Source: Verrucomicrobiota bacterium
GTDB taxonomy: Bacteria; Verrucomicrobiota; Verrucomicrobiia; Limisphaerales; UBA11358
Assembly (NCBI GenBank): GCA_050012035.1
Contig: JBEKHY010000019.1
Location: forward strand, 971-64,970
Length of the DNA stretch: 64,000 nt
Direction of reading: 5' to 3'
This document shows positions 9,346 through 20,335 of the stretch, one piece after another; position 1 is the stretch's first letter, and every line of letters begins with the position of its first letter. A model generated the notes under the pieces. The model was not told where the DNA came from and did no database searches. It worked only from the letters and a program-made list of their open reading frames with translations. The translations under genes and the position numbers were made by a program.

Positions 9346-9753
9346 TCAAAGGCTGAACGAGCCTGGTTCCAGCGGTTGCAGGCCGTTCACCACTCGATGA
9401 ATACCGTCTTTCAGCAGAACGGAATGGAAATTGATGATGAGTCCCAACCGCAACTTCATCAGGCGGAGGTAGCTCAACAGTTTCGCCGGGTCGAGTGGCG
9501 TCACTTCTTCTTTCGCTTTCAAATCCACAATCACTTTCTCCTCAACAATCAAATCCAGTCGCAGCGGCACGCCCAAAGTCACACCCTTGTAACCAATGGG
9601 CACGGGCTTCTGCCGTTCGAACCGGATGCCGTGCAAATTGAATTCATGACATAACGATTCTTCATAAACCTGTTCCACCAAACCCGGCCCATGATAACGA
9701 TGCACTTCGATGGCCGCACCGATGATCCGCTCCGAAATCTCGTTCTCGTGCAT
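9346..9753 (-). CDS. GxxExxY protein (PD-(D/E)XK nuclease superfamily, PDDEXK_3-like)
   Basis: MHENEISERIIGAAIEVHRYHGPGLVEQVYEESLCHEF...DLIVEEKVIVDLKA. The GxxExxY motif (GLVEQVY) and a D..(D/E)xK core are present. The start was chosen at MHENE, the usual family N-terminus. Confidence 0.85.
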   Translation of the reverse strand: MHENEISERIIGAAIEVHRYHGPGLVEQVYEESLCHEFNLHGIRFERQKPVPIGYKGVTLGVPLRLDLIVEEKVIVDLKAKEEVTPLDPAKLLSYLRLMKLRLGLIINFHSVLLKDGIHRVVNGLQPLEPGSFSL

Positions 9754-9772
9754 AACCCATTTTCCCTTTCTT

Positions 9773-9873
9773 CTAACGCAGAGGCCCAAAGAGCGCAAAG
9801 AAACACGGAGGAGAATTTTTTCTTCTGTTTTTTCTCTGCGGAACTCCGCGTCCTCTGCGTCTCTGCGTTTAAC
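9773..9873. repeat. Second ~100-bp hairpin element of the AACGCAGAG/CTCTGCGTT family
   Basis: CTAACGCAGAGG at the left end and CCTCTGCGTCTCTGCGTTTAAC at the right end. It fills the whole spacer between the GxxExxY start and the gltB stop. Confidence 0.6.
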
Positions 9874-9879
9874 ATGCGA

Positions 9880-12800
9880 TCAGCCGCCACCGACGCGGGC
9901 GACGTCGCGGACATTTTCCTCGAACGCGGCCATGATGGCCTGGTCGCCACTCAAGCCCTGTTCCTTCACCTTCTGCATGGCTTGCAGCACGCGCTGGTAA
10001 TCCTTCGGCATCACCTTGACGAACCGGGGCACAAGCTTCCGCCATTTCGCCAGCACCTTCGCTGCGCGTTCGCTTTTCGTGTAAGCCTGGTGGCGCTGGA
10101 TTAATTTCCAGATTTCCTCAATCTCGTCGGGGTCTTCCAGTTCTTCCAGCCCGACCATGTCCGGGTTGCAGTGGGCCGGAAAATCGTCGGCTTCGTCCAG
10201 CACATAGGCCACGCCGCCGGACATGCCGGCGGCAAAGTTGCGGCCCGTCCGGCCCAAAACAATCACGCGACCACCGGTCATGTATTCGCATCCGTGATCG
10301 CCGACGGCTTCGACCACCGCGTTGGCGCCGCTGTTGCGTACGCAGAAACGTTCGCCGGCCATGCCGCACACAAACACCTCACCGGCTGTGGCCCCGTAGC
10401 AGGCCACGTTGCCGATGATGATGTTTTCTTCAGCGGCAAATGCTGAACCTTTCGGCGGATAGACAATGATTTTGCCGCCGCTAAGGCCCTTGCCAAAATA
10501 ATCGTTGGCGTCGCCTTCAAGTTCGAGGGTCATACCCTTGGGAATGAACGCGCCAAAGCTTTGGCCGGCGCTGCCGGTGAATTTGAGATTGATGGTGTCC
10601 TCCGGCAGGCCGTTCAGACCCCATTTCTTCGTTACCTCGCTGCCGGTGATGGTGCCGACGACGCGGTGGATGTTGCGGATGGGCAAATCAGCATGCACAC
10701 GTTCGCCGCGTTCGATGGCCGGTTCGCAGATGTCGAGCAACCGCGTCACGTCGAGCGATTTTTCGATGCCATGGTCCTGGGCAATCTGCCGGTAACGGCC
10801 GACCTCCGGCTCCACGTCCGGTCGGCGCAGGATGTTGGTGAAATCGAGGCCGCGGGCCTTCCAATGCTCAATGGCCTTCTTCGGCTCGAGCCGGTCGGTG
10901 CGACCGACCATTTCGTTGATGGTGCGAAAACCGAGTTGGGCCATCAGCTCGCGCAATTCCAGGGCGATGAACCGCATGAAATTGACCACGTGATCCGGGT
11001 TGCCGGCGAACAGTTTGCGGAGCTGCGGGTCCTGGGTGGCCACGCCTACCGGACAGGTGTTCAAATGGCAAACGCGCATCATCAGACAGCCCAGCACGAC
11101 GAGCGGCGCGGTGGCAAAACCAAATTCCTCCGCGCCCAGCAGCGCGGCGATGGCCACGTCCCGGCCGGTTTTGAGCTGGCCGTCGGCTTCCACATAAATG
11201 CGGCTGCGGAGATTGTTGAGCACCAGCGTCTGGTGCGTCTCGGCCAGGCCCAGCTCCCACGGAATGCCCGAATGTTTGATGGAGGACAGCGGCGACGCCC
11301 CCGTGCCGCCATCGTGACCGCTGATGAGCACCACGTCCGCGTGTGCCTTGGCGACACCGGCGGCGACGGTGCCCACGCCGACCTCGGCGACGAGCTTCAC
11401 GCTCACGCGCGCGTTGCGGTTCGCGTTCTTCAGGTCATGAATCAACTGGGCGAGGTCCTCGATGGAATAAATGTCGTGGTGCGGCGGCGGTGAAATCAAG
11501 CCGACACCCGGCGTGGTGTGCCGCGTTTTGGCAATCCACGGATACACCTTGCGGCCGGGCAGTTCGCCGCCTTCACCGGGTTTCGCACCTTGGGCCATCT
11601 TGATTTGCAGTTCCTTCGCGTTGACGAGGTATTGGCTCGTGACGCCGAAGCGGCCGGACGCAACCTGCTTGATGGCGCTGTTCTTCGAGTCGCCGCGGTC
11701 GTTGGTCCAGACGTAGCGTTCCGGGTCTTCGCCGCCTTCACCGGTGTTGCTTTTGCCGCCGAGGCGGTTCATGGCTATGGCCAGCGCCTCGTGCGCTTCC
11801 TGGCTGATGGAGCCGTAGCTCATGGCGCCGGTCTTGAACCGTTTCACGATTTCCTCAACCGGCTCGACTTCCTCGATGGGCACCGGCCGTGGCACGGGAG
11901 ATTTTGAGGGACTGCCCTGCAACCAGCCGCCCTCGGCTTCCTCGCTCGGAGCCGGCTGCCGGGCGAGTTTTAAATCGAGCAGGCCGCGCAACGTGCACAG
12001 ATTCCGGGACTGGTTGTTGACCAGCTCGCTGTACTCCTTGAAAATCCTGTAGCTGCCCGTGCGGCAGGCGAGCTGCAGTTTATGAATCGTCTGGGGATTG
12101 AACAGGTGGAACTCGCCGTCGCTCCGCCACTGATACTGGCCGCCGGTGTCCAGCGCCACGTTGTCCACCGGGCGTTCCGGATAGGCCCGGCGATGGCGCA
12201 CCAATGCTTCTTCGGCCAGCACGTCCAGGCTGACACCTTCGATGCGCGACACCGTCCAGGTGAAGTACCGGTCAATCACGTCGTGGCTTAAGCCGATGGC
12301 TTCGAAGATCTGGGCACCGCGGTAGCTTTGGATGGTGGAGATGCCCATCTTGGCCATGGTCTTGACGACGCCCTTGACCGACGCCTTGATGTATTTCTTG
12401 ACGGCGGTTTGATGATCAAGGCCGGGCAGCAAGCCCTCGTGGATCAGGTCGTCGAGCGACTCGAACGCGAGGTAGGGATTGATGGCGCTGCAACCATAAC
12501 CGATGAGCAGCGCAAAATGATGAACCTCGCGCGGCTCACCCGATTCGAGCACGAGGCCGACGCGCGTGCGCGTGCCTTGCCGGATCAAATGATGGTGCAG
12601 GCCGGCCAGGGCGAGCAGGCCGGGGATCGGCGCGTTTTCGGCGCTGATGCCTCGGTCGGAAAGAATGATAATGTTCGAACCTCCGGCAATTGCCTTGTCG
12701 GTGGCAACGAACAATTTGTCGAGCGCGCCTTCCATTCCGGACGCGCCTTCCGCCGCCTTGAACAAAATCGGCAGCGTGACCGCCTTGAAACCGGGGCGGT

Positions 12801-14589
12801 CCACGTGGCGGAGCTTTTCCAGTTCCTCGTTGGTGAGGATGGGATGCTCGAGCTTGATCATGCGGCAGCTTTCGGGCACGGGCCGGAGCAGGTTGCCTTC
12901 CGAGCCGATCATGGTTTCGGTGGAGGTGATCATTTCCTCGCGGATGGGGTCAATCGGCGGGTTGGTGACCTGCGCGAAAAGCTGTTTGAAATAGTTGTAG
13001 AGCAGTTGCGGTTTGTTCGAGAGCACCGCCAACGGCGTGTCCGTCCCCATCGAACCGATGGGTTGAACGCCGTCGCTGGCCATGGGACCGAGAATGAACC
13101 GCAAATCCTCGAACGTGTACCCGAACGCCTGCTGGCGCTGGAATACGGTCCGGTGGTCCAGTTCATGAAAGTGAGGCGGTTCGGGGAGGTCTTTCAGCAA
13201 CACATGGTTCTGATCGAGCCAGACCTGATACGGATGCCCGGTGGCCACCTTCTTTTTCAACTCCTCGTCCGCGACGATGCGGCCCAGCTCGGTGTCTATC
13301 AGGAACATGCGGCCGGGCTGCAGACGGCCTTTCTGGACAACCAGCTCCGGCGGCACGTCGAGCACGCCGACTTCGCTGGCCATGATCACCCGGTCATCCT
13401 TCGTCACGTAGTAACGCGACGGGCGCAGGCCGTTGCGGTCCAGGGACGCGCCGATGCGCACGCCGTCGGTGAACGCGATGGAGGCGGGGCCGTCCCACGG
13501 TTCCTGCAGGCAGGAATGATATTCGTAGAACGCCCGTTTTTCCGCGTCCATGCTCTCGTGATTTTCCCACGGCTCGGGAATCATCATCATCACCGCGTGC
13601 GGCAATGACCGCCCGGTGAGCGTGAGAAACTCCAGCGCATTGTCGAACATGGCCGAGTCGCTGCCGTCCTCGTTGATGACCGGCAGCAGCTTCCTGAGGT
13701 CGTCGCCGAACAGGTCGGACGCGAACAGCGACTGGCGGGCGTGCATCCAGTTGATGTTGCCGCGCAGGGTGTTGATTTCGCCGTTGTGTGCGACGTAACG
13801 GTAGGGATGCGCGCGTTCCCAGGTGGGAAACGTGTTGGTGCTGAAACGCGAATGCACGAGGCACAACGCGCTGGCCAGCGCCGGGTCCGTGAGGTCCGGA
13901 TAATATTTTTCCACCTGGTCGGGTATCAACATGCCCTTGTAGATCATCGTCCGGGCCGACAGGCTGCAGACGTAAAACTTGTCGCCACCCCGGATGCCCG
14001 CGGCGCGGATGCCGCGCTCCGCCAGTTTGCGGATAACGTAGAGTTTGCGCTCGAACGCCAGGTCGTCGGCCAAACCGCCCGGACGCGCGACGAAGACCTG
14101 GCGCACAACCGGTTCAGATGCAATGGCAGTTTGCCCCAGCGAACCGTGTTCGGTGGGCACGGTCCGCCATCCCAACAAGTGCAGACCTTCCGTGGCAACG
14201 ATTTCATTGAAAAGCACCTCGCATTTGTAACGAGCTGCGGGATGAGACGGCAGGAAGATCATGCCGACGCCGTATTCGCCCGGACCGGGCAGCATAATCT
14301 TCACGTCGCGACACGCCTGTTCGAGGAAGGGGTGGGGCAATTGCATCAGGATGCCCGCGCCGTCGCCCGTGTTCGGTTCGCAACCGCATGCGCCGCGGTG
14401 CTGGAGGTTGCGCAACACCTGGAGCGCCTGCTGGACGATGGCGTGCGATTTTTTGCCCTTGATGTTGACCACAAAGCCCACCCCGCACGCTTCATGCTCG
14501 AAGCGCGGGTCGTAAAGCCCCGTTTTCACCGGCGCACCGGCCCGGACCCGCGCCGGGTGGCTGAGTCGTTGTGTTGTTCTACTGGTCAT
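9880..14589 (-). CDS. gltB: Glutamate synthase large subunit
   Basis: [10 protein letters not shown] amidotransferase N-terminus, followed by central, FMN and GXGXG domains throughout. The start was chosen at MTSRTTQ (14589); the ORF opens at 14679. Confidence 0.95.
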   Translation of the reverse strand: MTSRTTQRLSHPARVRAGAPVKTGLYDPRFEHEACGVGFVVNIKGKKSHAIVQQALQVLRNLQHRGACGCEPNTGDGAGILMQLPHPFLEQACRDVKIMLPGPGEYGVGMIFLPSHPAARYKCEVLFNEIVATEGLHLLGWRTVPTEHGSLGQTAIASEPVVRQVFVARPGGLADDLAFERKLYVIRKLAERGIRAAGIRGGDKFYVCSLSARTMIYKGMLIPDQVEKYYPDLTDPALASALCLVHSRFSTNTFPTWERAHPYRYVAHNGEINTLRGNINWMHARQSLFASDLFGDDLRKLLPVINEDGSDSAMFDNALEFLTLTGRSLPHAVMMMIPEPWENHESMDAEKRAFYEYHSCLQEPWDGPASIAFTDGVRIGASLDRNGLRPSRYYVTKDDRVIMASEVGVLDVPPELVVQKGRLQPGRMFLIDTELGRIVADEELKKKVATGHPYQVWLDQNHVLLKDLPEPPHFHELDHRTVFQRQQAFGYTFEDLRFILGPMASDGVQPIGSMGTDTPLAVLSNKPQLLYNYFKQLFAQVTNPPIDPIREEMITSTETMIGSEGNLLRPVPESCRMIKLEHPILTNEELEKLRHVDRPGFKAVTLPILFKAAEGASGMEGALDKLFVATDKAIAGGSNIIILSDRGISAENAPIPGLLALAGLHHHLIRQGTRTRVGLVLESGEPREVHHFALLIGYGCSAINPYLAFESLDDLIHEGLLPGLDHQTAVKKYIKASVKGVVKTMAKMGISTIQSYRGAQIFEAIGLSHDVIDRYFTWTVSRIEGVSLDVLAEEALVRHRRAYPERPVDNVALDTGGQYQWRSDGEFHLFNPQTIHKLQLACRTGSYRIFKEYSELVNNQSRNLCTLRGLLDLKLARQPAPSEEAEGGWLQGSPSKSPVPRPVPIEEVEPVEEIVKRFKTGAMSYGSISQEAHEALAIAMNRLGGKSNTGEGGEDPERYVWTNDRGDSKNSAIKQVASGRFGVTSQYLVNAKELQIKMAQGAKPGEGGELPGRKVYPWIAKTRHTTPGVGLISPPPHHDIYSIEDLAQLIHDLKNANRNARVSVKLVAEVGVGTVAAGVAKAHADVVLISGHDGGTGASPLSSIKHSGIPWELGLAETHQTLVLNNLRSRIYVEADGQLKTGRDVAIAALLGAEEFGFATAPLVVLGCLMMRVCHLNTCPVGVATQDPQLRKLFAGNPDHVVNFMRFIALELRELMAQLGFRTINEMVGRTDRLEPKKAIEHWKARGLDFTNILRRPDVEPEVGRYRQIAQDHGIEKSLDVTRLLDICEPAIERGERVHADLPIRNIHRVVGTITGSEVTKKWGLNGLPEDTINLKFTGSAGQSFGAFIPKGMTLELEGDANDYFGKGLSGGKIIVYPPKGSAFAAEENIIIGNVACYGATAGEVFVCGMAGERFCVRNSGANAVVEAVGDHGCEYMTGGRVIVLGRTGRNFAAGMSGGVAYVLDEADDFPAHCNPDMVGLEELEDPDEIEEIWKLIQRHQAYTKSERAAKVLAKWRKLVPRFVKVMPKDYQRVLQAMQKVKEQGLSGDQAIMAAFEENVRDVARVGGG

Positions 14590-14626
14590 TTCCTGGCGAT
14601 AATTGTCGCCTTTTGTTCTCTTATTC

Positions 14627-14656
14627 TTGACATAAATTTTGCTGCTTCGCAATAAA
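14627..14656 (+). promoter_or_regulatory. Candidate sigma-70-type promoter for mnmA (TTGACA-N18-AATAAA)
   Basis: AT-rich 112-bp divergent spacer between gltB and mnmA. The hexamers were read by eye only. Confidence 0.25.
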
Positions 14657-14701
14657 TGTTTTCGAAACGACATCGCCAATCCCGTTTTACACTAAACATC
14701 C

Positions 14702-15808
14702 ATGTCGTATATTGGCAGCCTTGTGAATTCGCAAAAGCGTCAGCGCGTCGTCTGCGGCATGAGCGGGGGGGTGGACTCCTCCACCGCGGCGGCGTTGCTG
14801 GTCGAGCAGGGCTATGACGTCATCGGCGTCACGCTCAAGCTCTGGAAGCACGACTGTTTTTCGCCCGACGAGGACCTGTTCAAGTGCTGCGGGTCCCGGG
14901 CGGCGGCTGATGTGCGCGCCGTCTGCGACCACCTGGGCATCCCGTTTCATTTGATTGATGACGCGGAGGAATTCCAAAGACAGGTCATCGGCCACTTTGC
15001 CGCCGAATACCGGGCCGGTCGCACCCCCAACCCGTGCATCCTGTGCAACGAACATCTGAAGTTCGGCACACTGCTCCAGCGCGCGGACGAGTTCGGCGCG
15101 CAATATGTTGCCACGGGCCATTACGCGCGGGTGGAACGCGCCAACGGGCGGACGTTGCTCAAGCGCGGTCGCGAGCCGCGCAAGGACCAGAGTTACTTTT
15201 TGTTTTCGCTTCGGCAGGACCAACTTGCCCGCGCGTTGTTCCCGGTCGGCGACCGGACCAAGAGCGACACGCGCGCAGCCGCACGCCAGCGCGAACTCAA
15301 GACCGCCGAGAAAAAGGAGAGCATGGAGATTTGCTTCGTGCCGGACAACGACTACGGCAAATTCCTCCAGCAATCGAATCTCGCACAGAAACATCTGGGC
15401 GAAATCGTGGACCTGCACGGGCGCGTGCTCGGCCATCACGACGGCATCGAGTTTTATACCATCGGCCAGCGGAAGGGCTTGGGCATCTCGGCACCGAAAC
15501 CGTTCTATGTGATTGAACTGGACGCCGCCCATAACCGCGTGATTGTGGGCGACGACACAGCGCTGGATCGCGACGAATTCACGGTGGACCGCTGCAATTG
15601 GATTCCGTTCGACACGCCGCCATCGAGTTTTGCGGCCACGGTAAAAATCCGTTACAAACATCCCGACACGCCGGCGACGGTGATCCCGCTGGGCAATGGC
15701 GGCGCGAAGGTGAAGCTGCACGCAGCGCAACGCGCCATCACGCCCGGCCAGGCGGCGGTGTTTTATCAGGACGATCTGGTAATCGGCGGCGGGTGGATTG
15801 CGCGATAA
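14702..15808 (+). CDS. mnmA: tRNA 2-thiouridine(34) synthase
   Basis: VVCGMSGGVDSS PP-loop and full-length similarity to MnmA (..NPCILCN..). Confidence 0.95.
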   Translation: MSYIGSLVNSQKRQRVVCGMSGGVDSSTAAALLVEQGYDVIGVTLKLWKHDCFSPDEDLFKCCGSRAAADVRAVCDHLGIPFHLIDDAEEFQRQVIGHFAAEYRAGRTPNPCILCNEHLKFGTLLQRADEFGAQYVATGHYARVERANGRTLLKRGREPRKDQSYFLFSLRQDQLARALFPVGDRTKSDTRAAARQRELKTAEKKESMEICFVPDNDYGKFLQQSNLAQKHLGEIVDLHGRVLGHHDGIEFYTIGQRKGLGISAPKPFYVIELDAAHNRVIVGDDTALDRDEFTVDRCNWIPFDTPPSSFAATVKIRYKHPDTPATVIPLGNGGAKVKLHAAQRAITPGQAAVFYQDDLVIGGGWIAR

Positions 15809-15847
15809 TTTGAACGTGGCAATTTGACAGCCCGCACCAGCCAGTGC

Positions 15848-16408
15848 ATGGTTGCGGTCATGAAAATACTCATTCTTCTGGTCGTGATCCTGATTTTTCA
15901 GGTCATTTCCGCCGGCGCCGCGGATTCCATTTACGACATTCCGCTCAAGGACATTGACGGCAAGGACACCTCGCTGAAGCCGGAGCAGGGCAAGGTGCTG
16001 CTCATCGTCAACGTCGCGTCGAAGTGCGGATACACCCCGCAATACACCGCGTTGGAGGCACTCTGCCAGAAATACAAGGATCGGGGCCTGGTCGTGCTCG
16101 GTTTTCCCTGCAACCAGTTTGGCCATCAAGAACCCGGCACGGACGCGGAAATCAAACAGTTCTGCTCCTCCAAATACAACGTGACCTTTCCAATGTTCGA
16201 CAAAATCGAAGTCAACGGTGCCAACCGTCATCCGCTTTACGTGATGCTGGCGGGCAAGAACTCGCCGTTTGCCGGGGATATCAAGTGGAATTTCACCAAA
16301 TTCCTCGTCGGCCGGGATGGCAAAATTCTGAAACGTTTTAACTCGCCGGTGAAACCGGATGCACCGGAAGTGATTCAAGCCATTGAAGCGGCGCTGACGT
16401 TGAAATAG
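15848..16408 (+). CDS. Glutathione peroxidase family protein (Cys type), probably secreted
   Basis: VNVASKCGYTPQY...LGFPCNQFGHQEPG...KWNFTKFLV motifs, with a hydrophobic N-terminus. The start is uncertain (15824, 15848 or 15860). Confidence 0.9.
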   Translation: MVAVMKILILLVVILIFQVISAGAADSIYDIPLKDIDGKDTSLKPEQGKVLLIVNVASKCGYTPQYTALEALCQKYKDRGLVVLGFPCNQFGHQEPGTDAEIKQFCSSKYNVTFPMFDKIEVNGANRHPLYVMLAGKNSPFAGDIKWNFTKFLVGRDGKILKRFNSPVKPDAPEVIQAIEAALTLK

Positions 16409-16474
16409 AACCAACGCTTGGCCAGCAGCGGTGTTTTATCAAGACGATTTGGTCGTCGTCGTCGGGTGAATTGC

Positions 16475-18904
16475 TTAATGCAAAACTCTTAATTCAGCCT
16501 CGGCGCTGTGGTATTCTTCAAAAGTAGTCACACCCGTGCCAAGACATTTTTTGAAAAAATCCGCCGCGCCAGTTTTGTCGTTTTCGATGAGCCGTTTGGA
16601 GCCAGCATAAAAACATGCTTCGCAGTGCTGTTCCCGGTCTGCCTTGGTATTCGCGTCTGCGGCGGCTTTGAGAAAATCGGCTTCGGTAATTTGACCGGCC
16701 AAAAAGCGCCCAACTTGCAACGGCCAATCCGTCGGATTTTGCGCTTTGCGATTGTTCAAATAGGAAACCAGTTCTTGTGTCGCAGCTTCTTTTTCGCCAG
16801 ACCGCGCCCGGATGAGCCAGATTCGATAATAGGAATAATCCTGAACTTCCGAGCCCAGCTCGCAGGCATTTCTAAAATCCGCCAGCGACCCGACGAAATT
16901 GTGCATGTCGTAGTATCCGCAACCCCGGTCATGATACGCCCGGCCGCCGGGAAGCGCGCGCGATTCTTCGGGATGCGAGCGCACAACAAAATTGGTTTTA
17001 TTTTTCGTCCACCATTTTGCCCATTCATCGGCTTGGTCTTCGGTGAATTGCTGGCCGGTGAGCGCACGCAACGTTTGGGTGGCTTTCAGGCGGACGATTT
17101 CATCCGGGTCGCGCAACAGCGGCAGCGCCAGTTCGACAGATTGTTTTTCGGGATTTCGGTCCAAAGCACGCAGCCCGAGTTGCCGCGCGAGAGGCTGGGA
17201 ATTTTGCAGCAAGACCATGGCTTCATCGGCGGAAATTTTTTCATCCTGCCGCACCATTTGCGTAAAAGCCCAGCTCACGGTTTCCGGGTCGGACGAATTG
17301 AAAAAACGCAGCAAATCCTCGCGTGGAATGACCATGTCAAAGCGCTGAAGGATTTGCAGACCGGCACTTTGAATGCCGGGGTCTTTGTCCTTGAGCATTT
17401 CCCGAAAATCCGGGGCGAATCTTTCGAGGTCACCGCGAAATCGCGGCAAGGTGAAAAAAGCGGCGTGACGGACGCGGGCATCCTCGTCGCGCATCATGGC
17501 AACGAGCGGTTCTGCATTTTTCGGATTCCAATTTAAATAATCGGCAAGTGTCTCGATGCCGGCCATTCTCACTTCAGGTTCTGAATCCTTCAGCCAGGTG
17601 ACCGCAGCTTCCGTCAATCGCGGATCACTGATTGATCCATAATGCCGGTTGAAAATGGAAGCGGTATTGACGCGGACAACGGGATTTGTGCTTTGAACCG
17701 CGGCGAGAATCGCGGGAACTGCGTCGGTCTGAAAACGCGCCAGACCTTCGACGGCGAAGTAACCGTATTTTGTGCCAAGCAAATCGGTGAAAACGGAAAG
17801 CGCCGGCTCAAATTCCAGATCGCGCATTTTTTCCGGCTTAAACGTCCAAGTCTGTTTCGTCAGCCACCACGATTTGTCCGCGAGCCGTGAAATCCATTTG
17901 CTCGTTTCCGGCAAATCCGCTTTCGTGACTTTGGCGTAAGGTGGCAAATCGTCTGGGTTGGCCATCGGCGTTTCACTCCTCTTTTCAATCATTTTTTGCG
18001 CCTCCGCCGACAGCAATGGATTGACTGGCCTGTTTCCACCCAATATGCGCATTTGCATTTCCCGTTGCCTCATCTGCATTTGTTCCATCCGCTCTGCCGA
18101 TTCTTTCGCCCGCGCCATATCGTTGCCGTAAATTTCCGGTAATTTCTTTTCGAGCATCGCTTTTTCCAGCAGCGGTTCCGGCGAAAGAACATAAACCTGC
18201 ACTTCCGACGGCTGGCCGTTGACGGAGGAAATTTTCAGCGGGAACACGCAACGGTCGCTCGCAAAGCTGATTTGCAGCGGATGCAGTTCGCCCGAAGCCA
18301 ATTTAAACTCGCTTGAAATCAATCCCCAAACGCCTTGGCCGAGATTGACCTTGACCGCGACGAAATACCATTGCTGTTTGACATAGGCATCCAGCATGTC
18401 GGTTTTGTTGGTGGGAAAATAAAAGTGATTTGCCTCCAGCCAGTTTTCCAGAGCGCCCGCATCTTTGGTGGACAGCACAGCCACCTCGTAAGCGCCGACG
18501 GTTTTGACCTCGATCACCTTGACCGGTTTGGATTTTTCCCCGTCCCCCTCGCTGCCGAGGGAGGCAGACCTTGTGCCGGCATGGTATCGCGGCTCAAAAT
18601 GTTCCTGCGTATATCGGCTCAATTCGTAGAAGCACTTCATCGAGCCTTTTTGCACCTTCGGCAGATTCGGCACCGGAATGAGCCAGCCGAATTCGTCCAC
18701 CGGTCCCTCGTATTTGACCTGCAAAATCAAATCCTCGCGTCCGGCATCGTAAACGAGAATGGCCTTCTGCGTCGGCTCGTTGATGTCCTTGTGCTTGTCC
18801 CATACAAACTTCGGCGCGACGAAGCAACCGTCCGCCAGCAGCTTCGTGGGCGCAAGAAACACAACAAGGAGCGATACCAGAAGAATCGTTATCAGCTTTT
18901 TCAT
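16475..18904 (-). CDS. DUF2330 domain-containing protein with C-terminal HEAT-like and TPR-like repeats
   Basis: Signal peptide, then ...DGCF...EPTQKAILVYDAGREDLILQVKYEG..EFGWLIPVP, which is typical of DUF2330. Repeated D.(D/E)..VR..A HEAT-like units follow. Confidence 0.7.
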   Translation of the reverse strand: MKKLITILLVSLLVVFLAPTKLLADGCFVAPKFVWDKHKDINEPTQKAILVYDAGREDLILQVKYEGPVDEFGWLIPVPNLPKVQKGSMKCFYELSRYTQEHFEPRYHAGTRSASLGSEGDGEKSKPVKVIEVKTVGAYEVAVLSTKDAGALENWLEANHFYFPTNKTDMLDAYVKQQWYFVAVKVNLGQGVWGLISSEFKLASGELHPLQISFASDRCVFPLKISSVNGQPSEVQVYVLSPEPLLEKAMLEKKLPEIYGNDMARAKESAERMEQMQMRQREMQMRILGGNRPVNPLLSAEAQKMIEKRSETPMANPDDLPPYAKVTKADLPETSKWISRLADKSWWLTKQTWTFKPEKMRDLEFEPALSVFTDLLGTKYGYFAVEGLARFQTDAVPAILAAVQSTNPVVRVNTASIFNRHYGSISDPRLTEAAVTWLKDSEPEVRMAGIETLADYLNWNPKNAEPLVAMMRDEDARVRHAAFFTLPRFRGDLERFAPDFREMLKDKDPGIQSAGLQILQRFDMVIPREDLLRFFNSSDPETVSWAFTQMVRQDEKISADEAMVLLQNSQPLARQLGLRALDRNPEKQSVELALPLLRDPDEIVRLKATQTLRALTGQQFTEDQADEWAKWWTKNKTNFVVRSHPEESRALPGGRAYHDRGCGYYDMHNFVGSLADFRNACELGSEVQDYSYYRIWLIRARSGEKEAATQELVSYLNNRKAQNPTDWPLQVGRFLAGQITEADFLKAAADANTKADREQHCEACFYAGSKRLIENDKTGAADFFKKCLGTGVTTFEEYHSAEAELRVLH

Positions 18905-19165
18905 ATAAATTCTGGCAGTTGATTCCGGAGCATCCCTGAATCAGATGGAATTGACCTGGAAATACTCCCGCGCGAGAAATCTGACAAGGAGTTTTCCGAG
19001 TCGAGACGTGCCAGTTTCCGCTTGCACCGCCCTCGCCGCTTGTTAAAGTCATCCCACATTTTCATCCGCCGGCAGCGGCGGCTTTTCCGCCTTCGCACCC
19101 CGACATGAGTGTCGGAGCGCTCTGGCGTGACGAAGGCCTTTTTAAACCAGAAAAATATTTGACTC

Positions 19166-20110
19166 GTGAAAGTTTTCAGCGGCACCGCCAATGAGCCTCT
19201 GGCTCGGGCGATTTGCAAATACATCGGCATCGAACTGGGCAGATGCAAAATCTCGCCGTTCCCCGACGGCGAAACGTTCGTGAAAGTCGAGGAGAACGTG
19301 CGCGGCGAGGACGTGTTCCTCGTCCAATCCACCTGTCCGCCGACGAATTACAATCTGATGGAGATGTTCATCATTATTGACGCGCTGCGGCGGGCGAGCG
19401 CGGCGCGCATCACAGCGGTGCTGCCGTTTTATGGTTACGCCCGGCAGGACCGCAAAGACCAGCCGCGCGTGCCCATCACCGCCAAGCTCGTGGCTAATCT
19501 CCTCGTCGCCTCCGGCGCCAACCGTATCCTGACGATGGATTTGCACGCGCAGCAGATTCAGGGTTTCTTCGACATCCCGGTGGACCATCTCTACGCCGCG
19601 CCGGTGATGTACGAGTATCTGCGGAAAAAGCGCCTGACCGACCTCGTCGTGGTCAGCCCGGACGTGGGCGGGTTGAAGATGGCGCACGCCTATTCGCAGA
19701 CGATGGAAGCGGGCCTGGCCATCGTGGCCAAGCGGCGCACAAGCGCGACGGAGGTCGAATCCATGGCCGTCATCGGCGAAATCAAAGGCAAAAACATCCT
19801 GCTGGTGGACGATTTGACGGAGACGGCGGGCACGCTGACGGCGGCGGCGGCGTTGCTGAAGAAAAAGGGCGCCAAACAGATTCTGGCCTGCGTTTCCCAT
19901 GCCATTTTAAACGACACGGGCATTGCCAGATTGCGTAAATCAGTGATTGACGAGTTGATTACAACTGATACAGTGCAACGCCCCACCATTGACGGGGTGA
20001 AGATTGTCACCCTGTCGGTGGCGGGGCTTTTGGGCGAAGCCATCAAACGAATCAACACCAATTCGTCGGTGAATTCGCTGTTTGAATTCAAAGGCGGGCG
20101 CACGAGTTGA
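19166..20110 (+). CDS. prs: Ribose-phosphate pyrophosphokinase
   Basis: Full-length PRPP synthetase pattern (FPDGE..V...VRG.DVF..QS, YARQDRK, PRPP-binding loop). GTG start. Confidence 0.95.
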   Translation: MKVFSGTANEPLARAICKYIGIELGRCKISPFPDGETFVKVEENVRGEDVFLVQSTCPPTNYNLMEMFIIIDALRRASAARITAVLPFYGYARQDRKDQPRVPITAKLVANLLVASGANRILTMDLHAQQIQGFFDIPVDHLYAAPVMYEYLRKKRLTDLVVVSPDVGGLKMAHAYSQTMEAGLAIVAKRRTSATEVESMAVIGEIKGKNILLVDDLTETAGTLTAAAALLKKKGAKQILACVSHAILNDTGIARLRKSVIDELITTDTVQRPTIDGVKIVTLSVAGLLGEAIKRINTNSSVNSLFEFKGGRTS

Positions 20111-20154
20111 TCCCGCCCTTGAGGTCACGAGACTCCAATCATCCAGCATTTGTA

Positions 20155-20184
20155 GCGGCCTTTGGAAACGAAGGCCGCTTTTTC
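20155..20184 (+). terminator. Rho-independent terminator after prs
   Basis: GCGGCCTT-tggaaacg-AAGGCCGC followed by TTTTTC. Confidence 0.65.
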
Positions 20185-20335
20185 GTAACAAGGAAGTGCC
20201 TGGACAAAATCCGGCGGCAGGAGTAAAACCGGAATTGTCATCAGAAAAGTCTCAAAAGCGTATGTAACCAAAACATAGAACGAAAGCTTTAACTTCATTT
20301 CCAACAGATCAACCCATGCAGGAAAAGGAAAATCC

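Noticed and set aside
7441-9873. Possibility that the recurring short repeats form a CRISPR array
   Set aside because: The repeat units differ in sequence and length. They are not regularly spaced by unique spacers, they occur in both orientations, and they are scattered across the window. No cas genes are present.
12328-13608. 426-aa plus-strand ORF, together with other long ORFs inside 9880-14679
   Set aside because: They are antisense or off-frame shadows of gltB, whose translation matches glutamate synthase along its entire length.
14687-16414. 575-aa minus-strand ORF
   Set aside because: It is antisense to both mnmA and the glutathione peroxidase gene, which are unambiguous. It has no recognisable motifs.
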